Notes under the pieces: generated by a model | Told to the model about the DNA's origin: nothing | Seen by the model: the letters and a program-made list of their open reading frames with translations, nothing else | The model's database searches: none | In this document: piece after piece, positions 15,042-24,350 of the stretch | Numbering within the stretch: the stretch's first letter is position 1 | How the letters are laid out: the number at the start of each line of letters is the position of its first letter | Position numbers and translations under genes: made by a program | NCBI GenBank assembly: GCA_041310825.1 | Contig: JBFYWX010000274.1 | Location: 1-35,366 of the forward strand | DNA: 35,366 bases | Source of the DNA: Desulfobacteraceae bacterium | Lineage (GTDB): Bacteria; Desulfobacterota; Desulfobacteria; Desulfobacterales; SpSt-501 | Reading direction: 5' to 3'

Positions 15042-15485
15042 TTAGATGGTTATTGTTTTTGCGCCGGTTGATCCATCCGGGTTCAGGATGGAATACTCGG
15101 TCGTGATCCGGGCCACGCCGCGCACCGTTGCTGCGACCGAGCAATACTTGTCCTGGGACAGCGCAATCGCCTGGGACACGGCCTTTTCCGTCAGCCCGTC
15201 GCCCGCCAGCCGGTAGGCGACGTGAATCACGCGATAGGGCCAGGGCGGCTCGGGGTCGTGTTGGCCCGTGATGACGACTTCCAGCAGTTGCAGTTTGAGG
15301 CGTTTCTTTTCGAGGATTTCCACCACGTCCACCGCCGAGCAGGCGGCGAGCGCCACCAGCAGCATTTCGGAGGGCTTGACACCGATCCCGTTCGACTGCC
15401 CGGACAACACGACGGAGTGGTTCCCCGAGTCGATGCCGACAAAATGCCTCTCCCCGATCCACTTGACGACACTGGTGACAGCCAT
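15042..15485 (-). CDS. OsmC/Ohr-family peroxiredoxin-like protein
   Basis: This is the C-terminal 147 aa of the artefactual 1044-aa track ORF. Sequence: MAVTSVVKWIGERHF...PSEMLLVALAACSAVDVV...LSQDKYCSVAATV, with two conserved Cys in the OsmC pattern. AGGAGG lies 6 nt before the ATG at 15485. Confidence 0.85.
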   Translation of the reverse strand: MAVTSVVKWIGERHFVGIDSGNHSVVLSGQSNGIGVKPSEMLLVALAACSAVDVVEILEKKRLKLQLLEVVITGQHDPEPPWPYRVIHVAYRLAGDGLTEKAVSQAIALSQDKYCSVAATVRGVARITTEYSILNPDGSTGAKTITI

Positions 15486-15645
15486 GCGAGCCTCCTGGTT
15501 GCGGTGTGAGGATGGCGGATTCGGGCCGTTCATGCAAGCGCAACGGGGCACGACGGCGGGCCGTTCCCGGCGCCGGACCCACCGCGCCGCGCCGGCTGAG
15601 TAAATACCCCAGACTGGAATTAAAGTCGAGCGGCCGGAGACGGAA

Positions 15646-15674
15646 TTGACAGCCGTCGGCATTTCTTGTTTAGT
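15646..15674 (+). promoter_or_regulatory. Candidate sigma-70 promoter for the gcvT-SHMT fusion gene
   Basis: TTGACA (15646-15651), 17-nt spacer, TTTAGT (15669-15674). This would give a ~180-nt leader. The -10 element is weak. Confidence 0.35.
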
Positions 15675-15857
15675 GTCCTGCCAGTCCGAGTGGTTTTCGG
15701 TTCGGGTCAAAACCGTTGCGATATCGTCACCGCCGACCGTGGGCGGCGCCGCGGCGCATGGCGAAGCGCGGGACCCCGGCATGGAGCGCAAGACGCCGTT
15801 TACGGATGGACACAGGGCCCGTATCCGGAAGACGGATGGACCCAAAAGGAGGACCAG

Positions 15858-18509
15858 ATGACCGAACTGCTGCGAACCCCGCTCTACGAGCGCCACCGCG
15901 AGTTGGGCGCCAACCTGGTGGAATTCGGTGGCTGGGAGATGCCCATCCACTATCCCGCCGGGATCGTTCAGGAGCATCTTGCCACCCGCGCCCGGGCCGG
16001 GATCTTCGACGTCTCCCACATGGGCCGCATCCGCGTGCACGGGAATGAGGCCCTGGCCTTCCTGCAGCATGTCCTCACCAACAACGCGGCCGCGCTCGAG
16101 CCGGGCGAAGCCCAGTACACCATGATTGCCAACCCGGCCGGGGGGGCGGTGGACGATGCCTACCTCTACCGGTTCCTGCCGGAGGAGTATCTCCTGGTCG
16201 TGAACGCCTCTAACCGTTCCCGGGTGTGGGAGCACCTGCAGGTGCAGCGCGAGCGCACCCCGTCCGTCGACCTGGAGGAGCTGACCGCCGATCTGGCCAT
16301 GGTGAGCCTGCAGGGGCCCGCCGCCAAAGAGATCCTGGCGGCCATCGTGGGGGAGGGGCGGGTGCCGGAGCCGATGCGAAACCGCCTCGGCCTGGCGAGC
16401 TTCGAGGGGACCCGCGTCATGATCGGCCGCACGGGGTACACCGGGGAGCCGCTGGGATTCGAGATCTTCATCGAAAACGGGCGGGCGCGGGCGCTCTGGG
16501 ACCGCATGATGGCGGTGGGGGCGCAGCCGGTGGGCCTGGGGGCGCGCGACACCCTGCGGCTGGAGGCGGCGCTGCCCTTGTACGGCCACGAGCTGGGCCG
16601 GGATCCCGAGGGGCGGGAGATCCCGATCTTCGCCTGCAGCCTGGCACGCTTCGCCGTGAGCGTCTCGCCGCTCAAGGGCGATTTCATCGGGCGGGAGGCG
16701 CTCACCCGCCAGTTCGACGCCTACCGGTGCATCGTCCGGCGCGACTACCGCCTGATCCGCGATCTGCCTCGTATGGTCCGGCCCGTGGCCCTGGTGGACA
16801 AGGGCATCGCGCGCGCGGGGGCTGCGGTGTATCACGCGGGAAAACCCGTGGGGGTGGTGACCAGCGGGACCATGGTGCCCTACTGGCAGCACACGGGATC
16901 GGGCATCGCCTCGGTCCCGACCGCGGAAAAGGGGATGCGCGCCATCGGGCTCGCGTTGCTCGACAGCGACCGCGTGACGGGAGACGAGATCGAAATCGAT
17001 ATCCGCGGGCGGATGACGCGGGCGCGCATCGTGCCTTACCACCTTCGGAACGAGGCCCCGCCGCGGGCCCGGCCGATTCTGTGGAACGAGCTGCAACCGG
17101 AAGGGGGCGCGGCCGGGGCGGCGGCCCCTCTGAGCCGCGCGGCGCGCCGGCTGGTGGAGAGCGCCGTGGCCAACACCCTCTGGCGCCAGCACGACACCAT
17201 CAACCTGATCCCCTCCGAGCAGACCCCCTCCGCGCTTGTCCGCCTGCTCTCCGCCATGGACCCCGCCGGCCGGTATGCCGAGCACAAGACGGTCAAAGCC
17301 TTCAAGGAGGCCGAGGTCTTCTACTACCAGGGCACCGACTTCATCGCCGAGGTCGAACGGCTGCTGGTCGAACAGCTGCGGCAGTTCCTGGGGTGCAGCG
17401 AGGTGGAGACGCGCCTGGTTTCCGGGCAGATGGCGAACATGGCCGTTTACAGCGCCATGGTGGACTACCTCAACCTCGCCAACCGCAAAAGCGAGCAACG
17501 GCGGCTGCGCAAGGTGATGAACCACCACATCATCAAGGGCGGGCACTTGAGCGCGCAGCCGATGGGCGCCTTGCGGGATTTCGTGGTGCGCGACCTGCGC
17601 TCGGAGAAGCCGGCGGTGGTGAACTTCCCGGTGATGGCCGATAACCCCTTCCGTATCGATGTGGCGGAGACCCGGCGGCTGATGGCCGAGCACCGGCCGG
17701 AGCTCATCATCCTCGGCAAGAGCATGATCCTGCACCGCGAGCCGGTCCGGGAGCTGCGCGCCGCGATCGACGAGCTCGGGCTCGACACCATCCTGCTCTA
17801 CGACATGGCGCATGTGCTGGGCCTGGCGGGGCCGCATTTTCAGGAGCCGTTCCGCGAAGGGGCCGACATCGTCACCGGCTCCACCCACAAGACCTTTTTC
17901 GGGACCCAGCGCGGCATCGCCGCGGTGCGGTTCACGCGTGAGGAGGCCCGCTTCGAGCTCTGGGAGGCCATTCAGCGCCGGACCTTCCCGGGCAGCGTCA
18001 GCAACCACCACCTCGGCTCCCTGCTCGGGCTGCTGATGGCCGCCTACGAGATGAACCACTTCAAAGACGACTACCCGCTCCGGGTCGTCGCCAACGCCAA
18101 GGCCTTTGCCCAGGCGATGAACGCCAGCGGCCTCGAGGTGGCCGGGGACCCTTCCATCGCGTATACCGAGACCCACCAGGTGATCGTGAAAGTCGGCTAC
18201 GGCCGCGGGGCCGAGATCGCGCGCCGGTTGGAGGACAACAACATCATCCTCAACTATCAGGCGGCGCCCGACGAGGAGGGGTTCACCGCGGCCGGCGCCC
18301 TGCGCATGGGGGTGCAGGAGATGACGCGCTTCGGGATGGGTCCGGCCGACTTCGCGGAGCTGGCCCAGCTCATGGCCGACTGCATCCGGCGCGACACGAA
18401 GGTCAAGGACAAGGCGCGGGCGCTGCGCCGGCGGTTTCTCGAGATGCGCTATTGCTTCGGTGGTGCCGAGATGGAGGAAATGCTCGCGCAGCTGAAGCGC
18501 CTGGTGTGA
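15858..18509 (+). CDS. Fusion protein: aminomethyltransferase (glycine-cleavage T protein) N-terminal half plus serine hydroxymethyltransferase-like PLP domain C-terminal half (883 aa)
   Basis: N-terminus: TPLYERHRELGANLVEFGGWEMPIHY...GIFDVSHMGRI (GcvT pattern). C-terminus: INLIPSEQTPS...YYQGTDFIAEVE...GSTHKTFFGTQRG (SHMT pattern with PLP lysine). One uninterrupted frame. AAAGGAGG lies 5 nt before the ATG at 15858. Confidence 0.85.
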   Translation: MTELLRTPLYERHRELGANLVEFGGWEMPIHYPAGIVQEHLATRARAGIFDVSHMGRIRVHGNEALAFLQHVLTNNAAALEPGEAQYTMIANPAGGAVDDAYLYRFLPEEYLLVVNASNRSRVWEHLQVQRERTPSVDLEELTADLAMVSLQGPAAKEILAAIVGEGRVPEPMRNRLGLASFEGTRVMIGRTGYTGEPLGFEIFIENGRARALWDRMMAVGAQPVGLGARDTLRLEAALPLYGHELGRDPEGREIPIFACSLARFAVSVSPLKGDFIGREALTRQFDAYRCIVRRDYRLIRDLPRMVRPVALVDKGIARAGAAVYHAGKPVGVVTSGTMVPYWQHTGSGIASVPTAEKGMRAIGLALLDSDRVTGDEIEIDIRGRMTRARIVPYHLRNEAPPRARPILWNELQPEGGAAGAAAPLSRAARRLVESAVANTLWRQHDTINLIPSEQTPSALVRLLSAMDPAGRYAEHKTVKAFKEAEVFYYQGTDFIAEVERLLVEQLRQFLGCSEVETRLVSGQMANMAVYSAMVDYLNLANRKSEQRRLRKVMNHHIIKGGHLSAQPMGALRDFVVRDLRSEKPAVVNFPVMADNPFRIDVAETRRLMAEHRPELIILGKSMILHREPVRELRAAIDELGLDTILLYDMAHVLGLAGPHFQEPFREGADIVTGSTHKTFFGTQRGIAAVRFTREEARFELWEAIQRRTFPGSVSNHHLGSLLGLLMAAYEMNHFKDDYPLRVVANAKAFAQAMNASGLEVAGDPSIAYTETHQVIVKVGYGRGAEIARRLEDNNIILNYQAAPDEEGFTAAGALRMGVQEMTRFGMGPADFAELAQLMADCIRRDTKVKDKARALRRRFLEMRYCFGGAEMEEMLAQLKRLV

Positions 18510-18546
18510 GCGGTCTGCCGGCGGCCGGTGACTTTCGCGGGCGCTA

Positions 18547-19677
18547 TCACCTGCTACCGTAGGAGGGGGGCGCCGTCAGCCGGCGCAGGATCTCCTCCAT
18601 CGTCGCGTAGTTCCTTTCCAGATCGTGGCACTCGCGGACATAGGCCCTCGCCGAGGCGCCCATCTCCCGGCGCAGACCGGGGTCGACCAGGAGCCGGTCG
18701 AGCGCCGCGGCGAGTTCCCGGCCGTCGTGGAGCGGGGCCAGAAACCCGGTGCAGTCTTTGCGGACGGCCTCCGGCACCCCGGCGTTTGCATAGGCCACGA
18801 CCGGAAGCCCGCAGGACTGGGCTTCCAGGTAGACCATGCCGAGCGCCTCGCGAATGCCGGGGAAAAAGAAGAGATCCGCGGCGCTGTAGCACCGGTAAAG
18901 CTCCGGGCGCGGAACGCGGCCGATGAGGCGGACGCGCGCGCCGAGCTGGTCGCGGGCCAATCGCTCCAGACGGTCGCGCTCCCGGCCGTCGCCGGCGATG
19001 ACCAGAGTGAAACGGCGACCGCAACGGGCGAGCGCGCTGCAGGTGCGAAGGACCACCTCCAGGCCGTCGGCCTTCACCCCCGGGCGGAACATGGCGACCG
19101 AGAGGACGACGGGGTCCTCCCCGGCCTCCCAGGCGCTGCGAAGCTCCCGGCGGGCGGCTGGGTCGAAGGTGAATTGCGCGGGGCGAAGTCCCGGGGCCAC
19201 GTAAGTGACGCGCTCCGCGGGCAGCAGCCGCGTGAGGTTCGCGAAATCCACCCGCTTGTTGGTAAAGAGGTGGCGTGCGGCGAGCAGCGCCGCGCGGTTG
19301 AGTTCAAAGCCGAGGCGGGTTTGCAGGTGGCGGCGGCGCCGGGTGGAGTAGATGCCCTGGAAGAGGACATAAGGGACCCCCAGGCGTTGGGCCACGGCCG
19401 GGCCCAGCACATCCGGGGCCTTGTAGTAGGAGTGGTAGCTGAACCACAGATCGCAGCGGCCGGCGCCGAACCGCCGAACCGCCCGCTGTCGCTCCCGCAG
19501 CACCCGCGGCCAGAGCCAAGGTTTCCAGGTGATCCACCGGCAGCGCAGGGAACTGACCGGGGCGACCGCGTGGCCGCGGCCGGCCAGGTAGTCGCAAAGG
19601 CCCACGGCCGTCACCAGGTCCCCGGAGGGGTTCGGATGGCCGAGGGGCTTGAAGGGGGTGTAGAAGCAGATCTTCAT
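18547..19677 (-). CDS. GT4-family (GT-B fold) glycosyltransferase
   Basis: C-terminal EX7E-type region: FFFPGIREALGMVYLEAQSCGLPVVAYANAGVPEAV. N-terminus MKICFYTPF is typical. An alternative GTG start lies at 19737. Confidence 0.85.
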   Translation of the reverse strand: MKICFYTPFKPLGHPNPSGDLVTAVGLCDYLAGRGHAVAPVSSLRCRWITWKPWLWPRVLRERQRAVRRFGAGRCDLWFSYHSYYKAPDVLGPAVAQRLGVPYVLFQGIYSTRRRRHLQTRLGFELNRAALLAARHLFTNKRVDFANLTRLLPAERVTYVAPGLRPAQFTFDPAARRELRSAWEAGEDPVVLSVAMFRPGVKADGLEVVLRTCSALARCGRRFTLVIAGDGRERDRLERLARDQLGARVRLIGRVPRPELYRCYSAADLFFFPGIREALGMVYLEAQSCGLPVVAYANAGVPEAVRKDCTGFLAPLHDGRELAAALDRLLVDPGLRREMGASARAYVRECHDLERNYATMEEILRRLTAPPSYGSR

Positions 19678-19738
19678 GGGAAACGGCAGGGCGGCCCGTC
19701 GAAGCGGCAGGTTGGCGGCGCCTGCGGCCGCTCCCACG

Positions 19739-20134
19739 TCAGTTGAATTCGGGAAACCCGTTTTTTAAAAACCACTCGTTGCGTTCTATGTCGAACTCCC
19801 AATTCTGAAGGTCCTTCACCGTGCGAATCTTCGGGTTCCTCTCGGTGAAATAGGTGATCTGAACGACCTGGCCGGCTTGGTGGCCGGCCTCGGTCAGGAT
19901 CAACTGTTTGACCTCGTAGTCGACCACGCGGACCTCATGGGGCAGGGGTCTCCGACGCCCGGGCGCATCGTCGGTCAGATAAAGCTGAGCCGCTTCGAAC
20001 TGCGACCAGCGGATCAGCTTTCCGTATTGCTTTACCCGCTCGGCCAGCAGCTCCTGCCGCCGAAACTCAAACGTTGTGGCACACCCGCCCCAGAAAAGGA
20101 TCACTGCCAACATCCCCGCGCTAAAAGCCTTCAT
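19739..20134 (-). CDS. Putative lipoprotein, unknown function
   Basis: MKAFSAGMLAVILFWGGC is a signal peptide with a lipobox-like GGC. AAAGG lies upstream of the ATG at 20134. Confidence 0.55.
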   Translation of the reverse strand: MKAFSAGMLAVILFWGGCATTFEFRRQELLAERVKQYGKLIRWSQFEAAQLYLTDDAPGRRRPLPHEVRVVDYEVKQLILTEAGHQAGQVVQITYFTERNPKIRTVKDLQNWEFDIERNEWFLKNGFPEFN

Positions 20135-20268
20135 GGTATCCGCCTTTCGTTGCCCTTCAGCATAGTCTATTTTTTGCGAGGCGCCAAGCGCAAAGCAGGC
20201 CAAACGGTTGACGGCTAGCGCGCTCAGGGCTATAGCGGTGCATCGGGGTCACACGGTTCGATAACGCT

Positions 20269-20391
20269 GACGACTTCGCAAAAAACCCAATCTTTGCGTT
20301 GCGCTTCATCCCATGGTCGCTGCGGCGTACTGTAAGAACGCCTCGCGACACGGAATTCAAGCCTTGATCGTGGGCTTTTTACCAAGTCGTC
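20269..20391. repeat. Long imperfect palindrome, copy 3 of the repeat family
   Basis: Outer arms GACGACTTCGC (20269-) and CAAGTCGTC (-20391) pair. Shared core: AAACCCAATCTTTGCGTTGCGCTTC..GCTGCGGCGTAC..GAACGCCTCGCGAC..AAGCCTTGATCGTGGGCTTTTT. Confidence 0.8.
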
Positions 20392-20443
20392 TGGAAAAAA
20401 GACTTTTTACGAATCCATCAACTGTCTTTGGGGGGGGAATCAC

Positions 20444-21250
20444 ATGCCGGCCGTTGCCATCGACGAACTGCGGGGCATCCTGGAACAGGCGGTGGCGGCG
20501 GAGCCCCGGCGCCGGGGGACCGCCGGGTGGTGGCGCCGGCCGCTGGTCGCCGCCGCACCGGCCGACGGGCGTTTCGATCTGCTGCCGCGGATCGCCGCCC
20601 CCGATCACCTGCTGCCGTGCGACCTCTTGCCGACGGCCCGCTCCGTCGTCGTTTTCTTCCTGCCCTTCCGCAAGGAGCTCGTGCGGGCCAACCGTGCCGG
20701 CGAGCGGCCCTGCCGGGAGTGGGGCGTGGCCTACGTCGAGACCAACGAGCTGATCGAGCGGGTGAGCCGGAGGCTGGGGGAATTCCTGGAGGCGCGCGGC
20801 TTCCGGTGCGGCCTCACCCCGGCCACGCACAACTTCAACACCCAGACGCTCACGGCGCGCTGGTCCCACAAACACCTCGGCCACCTGGTCCACCTCGGCC
20901 GCTTCGGGACCCACCACCTGCTGATCACGCCGGCCGGCTGCAGCGGGCGTCTGGGCAGTCTGGTGACCGAGGCCGAGCTGGGGGAGCATCCGCTGATCGA
21001 AACCCGCGAGGCCTGCCTGCTCAAGGCCGGAAAGAGCTGCGGGCTGTGTACGGCCGCCTGCCCGGTGGCGGCCCTCGAAACCGTCGGCTTCGATCGCCGG
21101 CGCTGCTGGGAGCGGCTCACGGACAATCGCGCCGGGTTGAGCTATTTTTCGGACCTGCCGGCAACCACCCACGTGTGCGGCAAGTGCGCGGCCATGATGC
21201 CCTGCAGCTTCGACAACCCGGTGGCGCGGCTGGAGTCGGCCCGCCGCTGA
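20444..21250 (+). CDS. 4Fe-4S cluster protein, QueG/reductive-dehalogenase-like (short form)
   Basis: Cys motifs: CLLKAGKSCGLCTAACP and HVCGKCAAMMPC. The overall layout resembles short proteins annotated as epoxyqueuosine-reductase-like. The function call is tentative. Confidence 0.6.
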   Translation: MPAVAIDELRGILEQAVAAEPRRRGTAGWWRRPLVAAAPADGRFDLLPRIAAPDHLLPCDLLPTARSVVVFFLPFRKELVRANRAGERPCREWGVAYVETNELIERVSRRLGEFLEARGFRCGLTPATHNFNTQTLTARWSHKHLGHLVHLGRFGTHHLLITPAGCSGRLGSLVTEAELGEHPLIETREACLLKAGKSCGLCTAACPVAALETVGFDRRRCWERLTDNRAGLSYFSDLPATTHVCGKCAAMMPCSFDNPVARLESARR

Positions 21251-21266
21251 ATTCCACCGCAATTGC

Positions 21267-22118
21267 TCACCGCGGCAGGGGGTCCCCGTATTCGAAGCGC
21301 CCGTTGTCGATGATCACGGCCCCGTCGGAGGGTCGCACGACCCGCCAGAGCGCGAGCCCGTCGCCGGCCTGCCAGATCTGGGTCGTGATCGGCTCGCCGG
21401 GGTAGAGCGGGCGCTTGAAGCGGCAGGCGATCCGCCGCAGCCGTTCGGGCGCCCCCGGGCATCGGCGGGCGATGAGCGCCCGGCAAGCGAACCCCAGGGT
21501 GCACAGGCCGTGCATGATGGGCCCTGTGAAGCCGGCGGCGCGCGCAAACTCAGGGTCGACATGAAGCGGAAAGGGGTCGCCCGAGAGCCGATAGATCAGC
21601 GGCTGATCCGGAGCGGGGCGGGCCGGCACGGCGTCATCGGCCCTGCGGTCCGGGAACGGCACGGGGTGTTTGGGAGCGTCTTCTCCGCCGAACCCGCCGT
21701 CGAGGCGCGCCACCATCCTCGCCGTCGTGCGGAAAAGAGGCTCTCCGTCGGGACGGCGGGTCTCGAACTCGGCCACCACGAGGGCTCCGGTAGCGGAGCC
21801 CTCGTCATAACAGGCGGTAACGGCACCCTCGGAGATGAGCGCCCCCTCCGTTGGGAGGATGCGGAGAAATTCCATCTCGTGTTCGCCGTGCACGACCCCG
21901 GCGGGGTTGAGCTCGATCAGTGCGGCCAGGTGCCAGACAAGCTCGAAGGTCATTGCCGCGCCGAAGGTGGGGATGACCTTCAGGTGCTTCTCGTAGCAGT
22001 AGTCCAGCTCCTTGAAGCCGGCGCCAACCCCCACCGCGTAGAGAACGGCATCTTTCCAGTCGTAAGAGCGCGTGACAGGGCCGATCCGCCGGCCGACCGC
22101 TCCCAGGTTCAAGCCCAT
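21267..22118 (-). CDS. MaoC-like double hot-dog (R)-specific enoyl-CoA hydratase/dehydratase
   Basis: C-terminal hot-dog domain: YRLSGDPFPLHVDPEFARAAGFTGPIMHGLCT (the MaoC D..H/HG pattern). The N-terminal half is a pseudo hot-dog. ATG at 22118 with GAGGGAG upstream. Confidence 0.8.
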   Translation of the reverse strand: MGLNLGAVGRRIGPVTRSYDWKDAVLYAVGVGAGFKELDYCYEKHLKVIPTFGAAMTFELVWHLAALIELNPAGVVHGEHEMEFLRILPTEGALISEGAVTACYDEGSATGALVVAEFETRRPDGEPLFRTTARMVARLDGGFGGEDAPKHPVPFPDRRADDAVPARPAPDQPLIYRLSGDPFPLHVDPEFARAAGFTGPIMHGLCTLGFACRALIARRCPGAPERLRRIACRFKRPLYPGEPITTQIWQAGDGLALWRVVRPSDGAVIIDNGRFEYGDPLPR

Positions 22119-22207
22119 GGCGGCACTCCCTCGCGGAGATGGATTCCCTTGACACCGAAAAGCGGCGGCCGGTGCTCGGAAGGCGATGCCACTTCCGACG
22201 CCCCGGC

Positions 22208-22549
22208 TCAGGGCCGAGGGGGTCGCTCCTCCTCGGGCCCCGGACGGTCGAGCTTCGCATCGATGCGCTGAAGCAGCTCCCGGATGTCCGCGAGGCACGC
22301 CAGGACGGTGTCGCGGTCGCCGGCCGGCGGGTGCGGGCTGCTCCCGTGCCCGCCGAGGCTGCGGGCGATTTCGTCCAGCCGGATCCCCAGCGCGACGATG
22401 AAATAGATCAACAGCAGAAATCCGAGCTGGCGCTCCCCCCAGCCGAGCTCCCGCCAGCCGACCAGCACCATGGCCAGAAACAGCAGCCCGGTCAGGGTGT
22501 AGGGGTGCCCCTCAACCCAGCGCGTGACGGCGGCAAGCAGGCGTTCCAT
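22208..22549 (-). CDS. Small membrane protein, unknown function
   Basis: Two predicted TM segments: LTGLLFLAMVLVGW and LGFLLLIYFIVALGI. The ATG overlaps the upstream stop as TGATG at 22549. Confidence 0.45.
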   Translation of the reverse strand: MERLLAAVTRWVEGHPYTLTGLLFLAMVLVGWRELGWGERQLGFLLLIYFIVALGIRLDEIARSLGGHGSSPHPPAGDRDTVLACLADIRELLQRIDAKLDRPGPEEERPPRP

Positions 22550-24291
22550 CAGGCGTTCTTGGCCCGCGCCTCGTCCCGCAGCACGCGCCGCAGCACCTTG
22601 CCCACGCTGGAGACCGGCAGGGCGTCACGGAACTCGATGGTGCGGGGCCGCTTGTAGCCGGTCATGTTCTCCTTGCAGAAGGCCTGGATCTCCTCGATAG
22701 TGGCGGTTTCGCCGGGCTTGAGCTGGATGAAGGCCTTCACCGCCTCCCCGCTCTTGGGGTCGGGAACCCCCACCACGGCGACGATCGCAATCTTGGGGTG
22801 CTGGAAGAGAATGTCCTCCACGTCCCGGGGATAGACGTTGAACCCGCCCACCAGGATCATGTCCTTCTTGCGGTCGGTGATGAGGACGTAGCCCTCCGCG
22901 TCGATGTGCCCGATGTCCCCGGTCAGGAAGAAGCGTTTGCCCGCGACCGTACGGAACACCTTCTCGTCCTCCTCCGGCCGGCCCCAGTAGCCTTTCATCA
23001 CCTGGGGACCGCTGACCGCGATCTCGCCGTCCTCACCGTGCGCTATCTCCTGCTGGCCGCTGACCAGGTCCAGGATCTTGATGTCCGTGCCGGGGACCGG
23101 GAACCCGACCGAGCCGATCTTGCGCTGGTGCGTGTTGGTCGGATTGGCGGCGGCCACCGGCGATGTTTCGCTCAACCCGTAGCCTTCGAAGATGACGGCG
23201 CCGGTCTTTTCCTCGAAGCGCCGGCACACCTCGGGCGGCAGGGGCGCACCGCCGGAAAAGCACCCCATGAAAGAGGAGAGGTCGTACTGGGCCAGCTGAG
23301 AATGGTTCGTGAAGGCCATGAAGAGCGTCGGCACCGCCGGCATCAGGGTCGGGCGCTGGCTCTGGACGATTTTCAGCACCTCGGTGAACGGCGGGTTGCC
23401 GGCGCGCGGGTCGGGCACACAGATCAGGCGGCTGCCGCTGGCGCAGGCCGAGAGCATGGCGCAGGTCATGCCGAAAATATGATACCACGGCAGCACGCCG
23501 AGATAGGTGTGAAACCCCCCGCGCCGTTGACGCTCGGGGGCGGCGCCGGGCGCGTGCTCCAGACGCATCCAGGTGTCGATGGCGGTGAGGTTGGCGGTGA
23601 GGTTGCTGTGGGTCAAACAGGCGCCTTTGGGAACGCCGGTCGTGCCCCCGGTGTAGACGATCAGGGCGATGTCCTGCAGGGGATCGACCGCTGCAGGCGG
23701 CGGCTGCGGTTTGGCGGCGGCCACCACCTCGTCGAAGAAGAGGTGCCCCGGTTCGTAGGCGGCGGCCTTGGGGATTTTGCCGAGCAGGCCGCCCAGGATC
23801 CCTTTTAATTTTGGCAGGTAGGACTTCACCCCGCAGATCACAACCGTCTTGACCGCGGTGCCCTCGATGGCCTTGACCGTGGTCGGATAGAACTGGGGGT
23901 GATCCATGCAGAACACCGCCTTGGCCCCGCAGTCCTTGAGTTGGTAGTTGAGCTCCTTGGCGGTATACAGCGGGTTGCAGGTGACGCAGACGCAGCCGGC
24001 CTTGAGGATCCCGAAGTAGATGGGCGGGTAGTGCGGCAGGTTGGGCAGAAATACCGCCACCCGATCGCCTTTTTGCACGCCCCGGGAGGCCAGAAAGCTG
24101 GCGATCCGGTCGGCGGTGTCCTTCACCTGGGCGAAGGTTCGCGCTGCACCACTGAACACCGTGTAAATTCCGTCGGGGAACTCCCGGGCGGAATCGTCCA
24201 AAACCGCAAAAAGAGGTTTTTCGTAACCGGGAATCGTGTGCGGAACTCCCTCGGGCCAGTGAGGGGTGGGCCAACCTGACGTCGGGCTCAT
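22549..24291 (-). CDS. AMP-forming acyl-CoA synthetase (long-chain fatty-acid-CoA ligase type)
   Basis: AMP-binding motif IVYTGGTTGVPKGACLTHSNL. Also GYGLSETS, TGDIG..DAEGY and the C-terminal GKVLRR. GGAG lies 6 nt before the ATG. Confidence 0.9.
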   Translation of the reverse strand: MSPTSGWPTPHWPEGVPHTIPGYEKPLFAVLDDSAREFPDGIYTVFSGAARTFAQVKDTADRIASFLASRGVQKGDRVAVFLPNLPHYPPIYFGILKAGCVCVTCNPLYTAKELNYQLKDCGAKAVFCMDHPQFYPTTVKAIEGTAVKTVVICGVKSYLPKLKGILGGLLGKIPKAAAYEPGHLFFDEVVAAAKPQPPPAAVDPLQDIALIVYTGGTTGVPKGACLTHSNLTANLTAIDTWMRLEHAPGAAPERQRRGGFHTYLGVLPWYHIFGMTCAMLSACASGSRLICVPDPRAGNPPFTEVLKIVQSQRPTLMPAVPTLFMAFTNHSQLAQYDLSSFMGCFSGGAPLPPEVCRRFEEKTGAVIFEGYGLSETSPVAAANPTNTHQRKIGSVGFPVPGTDIKILDLVSGQQEIAHGEDGEIAVSGPQVMKGYWGRPEEDEKVFRTVAGKRFFLTGDIGHIDAEGYVLITDRKKDMILVGGFNVYPRDVEDILFQHPKIAIVAVVGVPDPKSGEAVKAFIQLKPGETATIEEIQAFCKENMTGYKRPRTIEFRDALPVSSVGKVLRRVLRDEARAKNA

Positions 24292-24350
24292 CTCCTGCTC
24301 CTTTCGTTGTCTGTTTTGGAAAGACCGGGGGTGCGCTGACGAATTAAAGC

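Noticed and set aside
15672-15857. A glycine riboswitch upstream of the gcvT-type gene.
   Set aside because: I could not find the conserved cores (GGAGAG ... CACCGAAGGGGCAA ... CUCAGGCAAAAGGAC), nor the ZTP or THF cores as I remember them. This is kept only as an open question in the findings.
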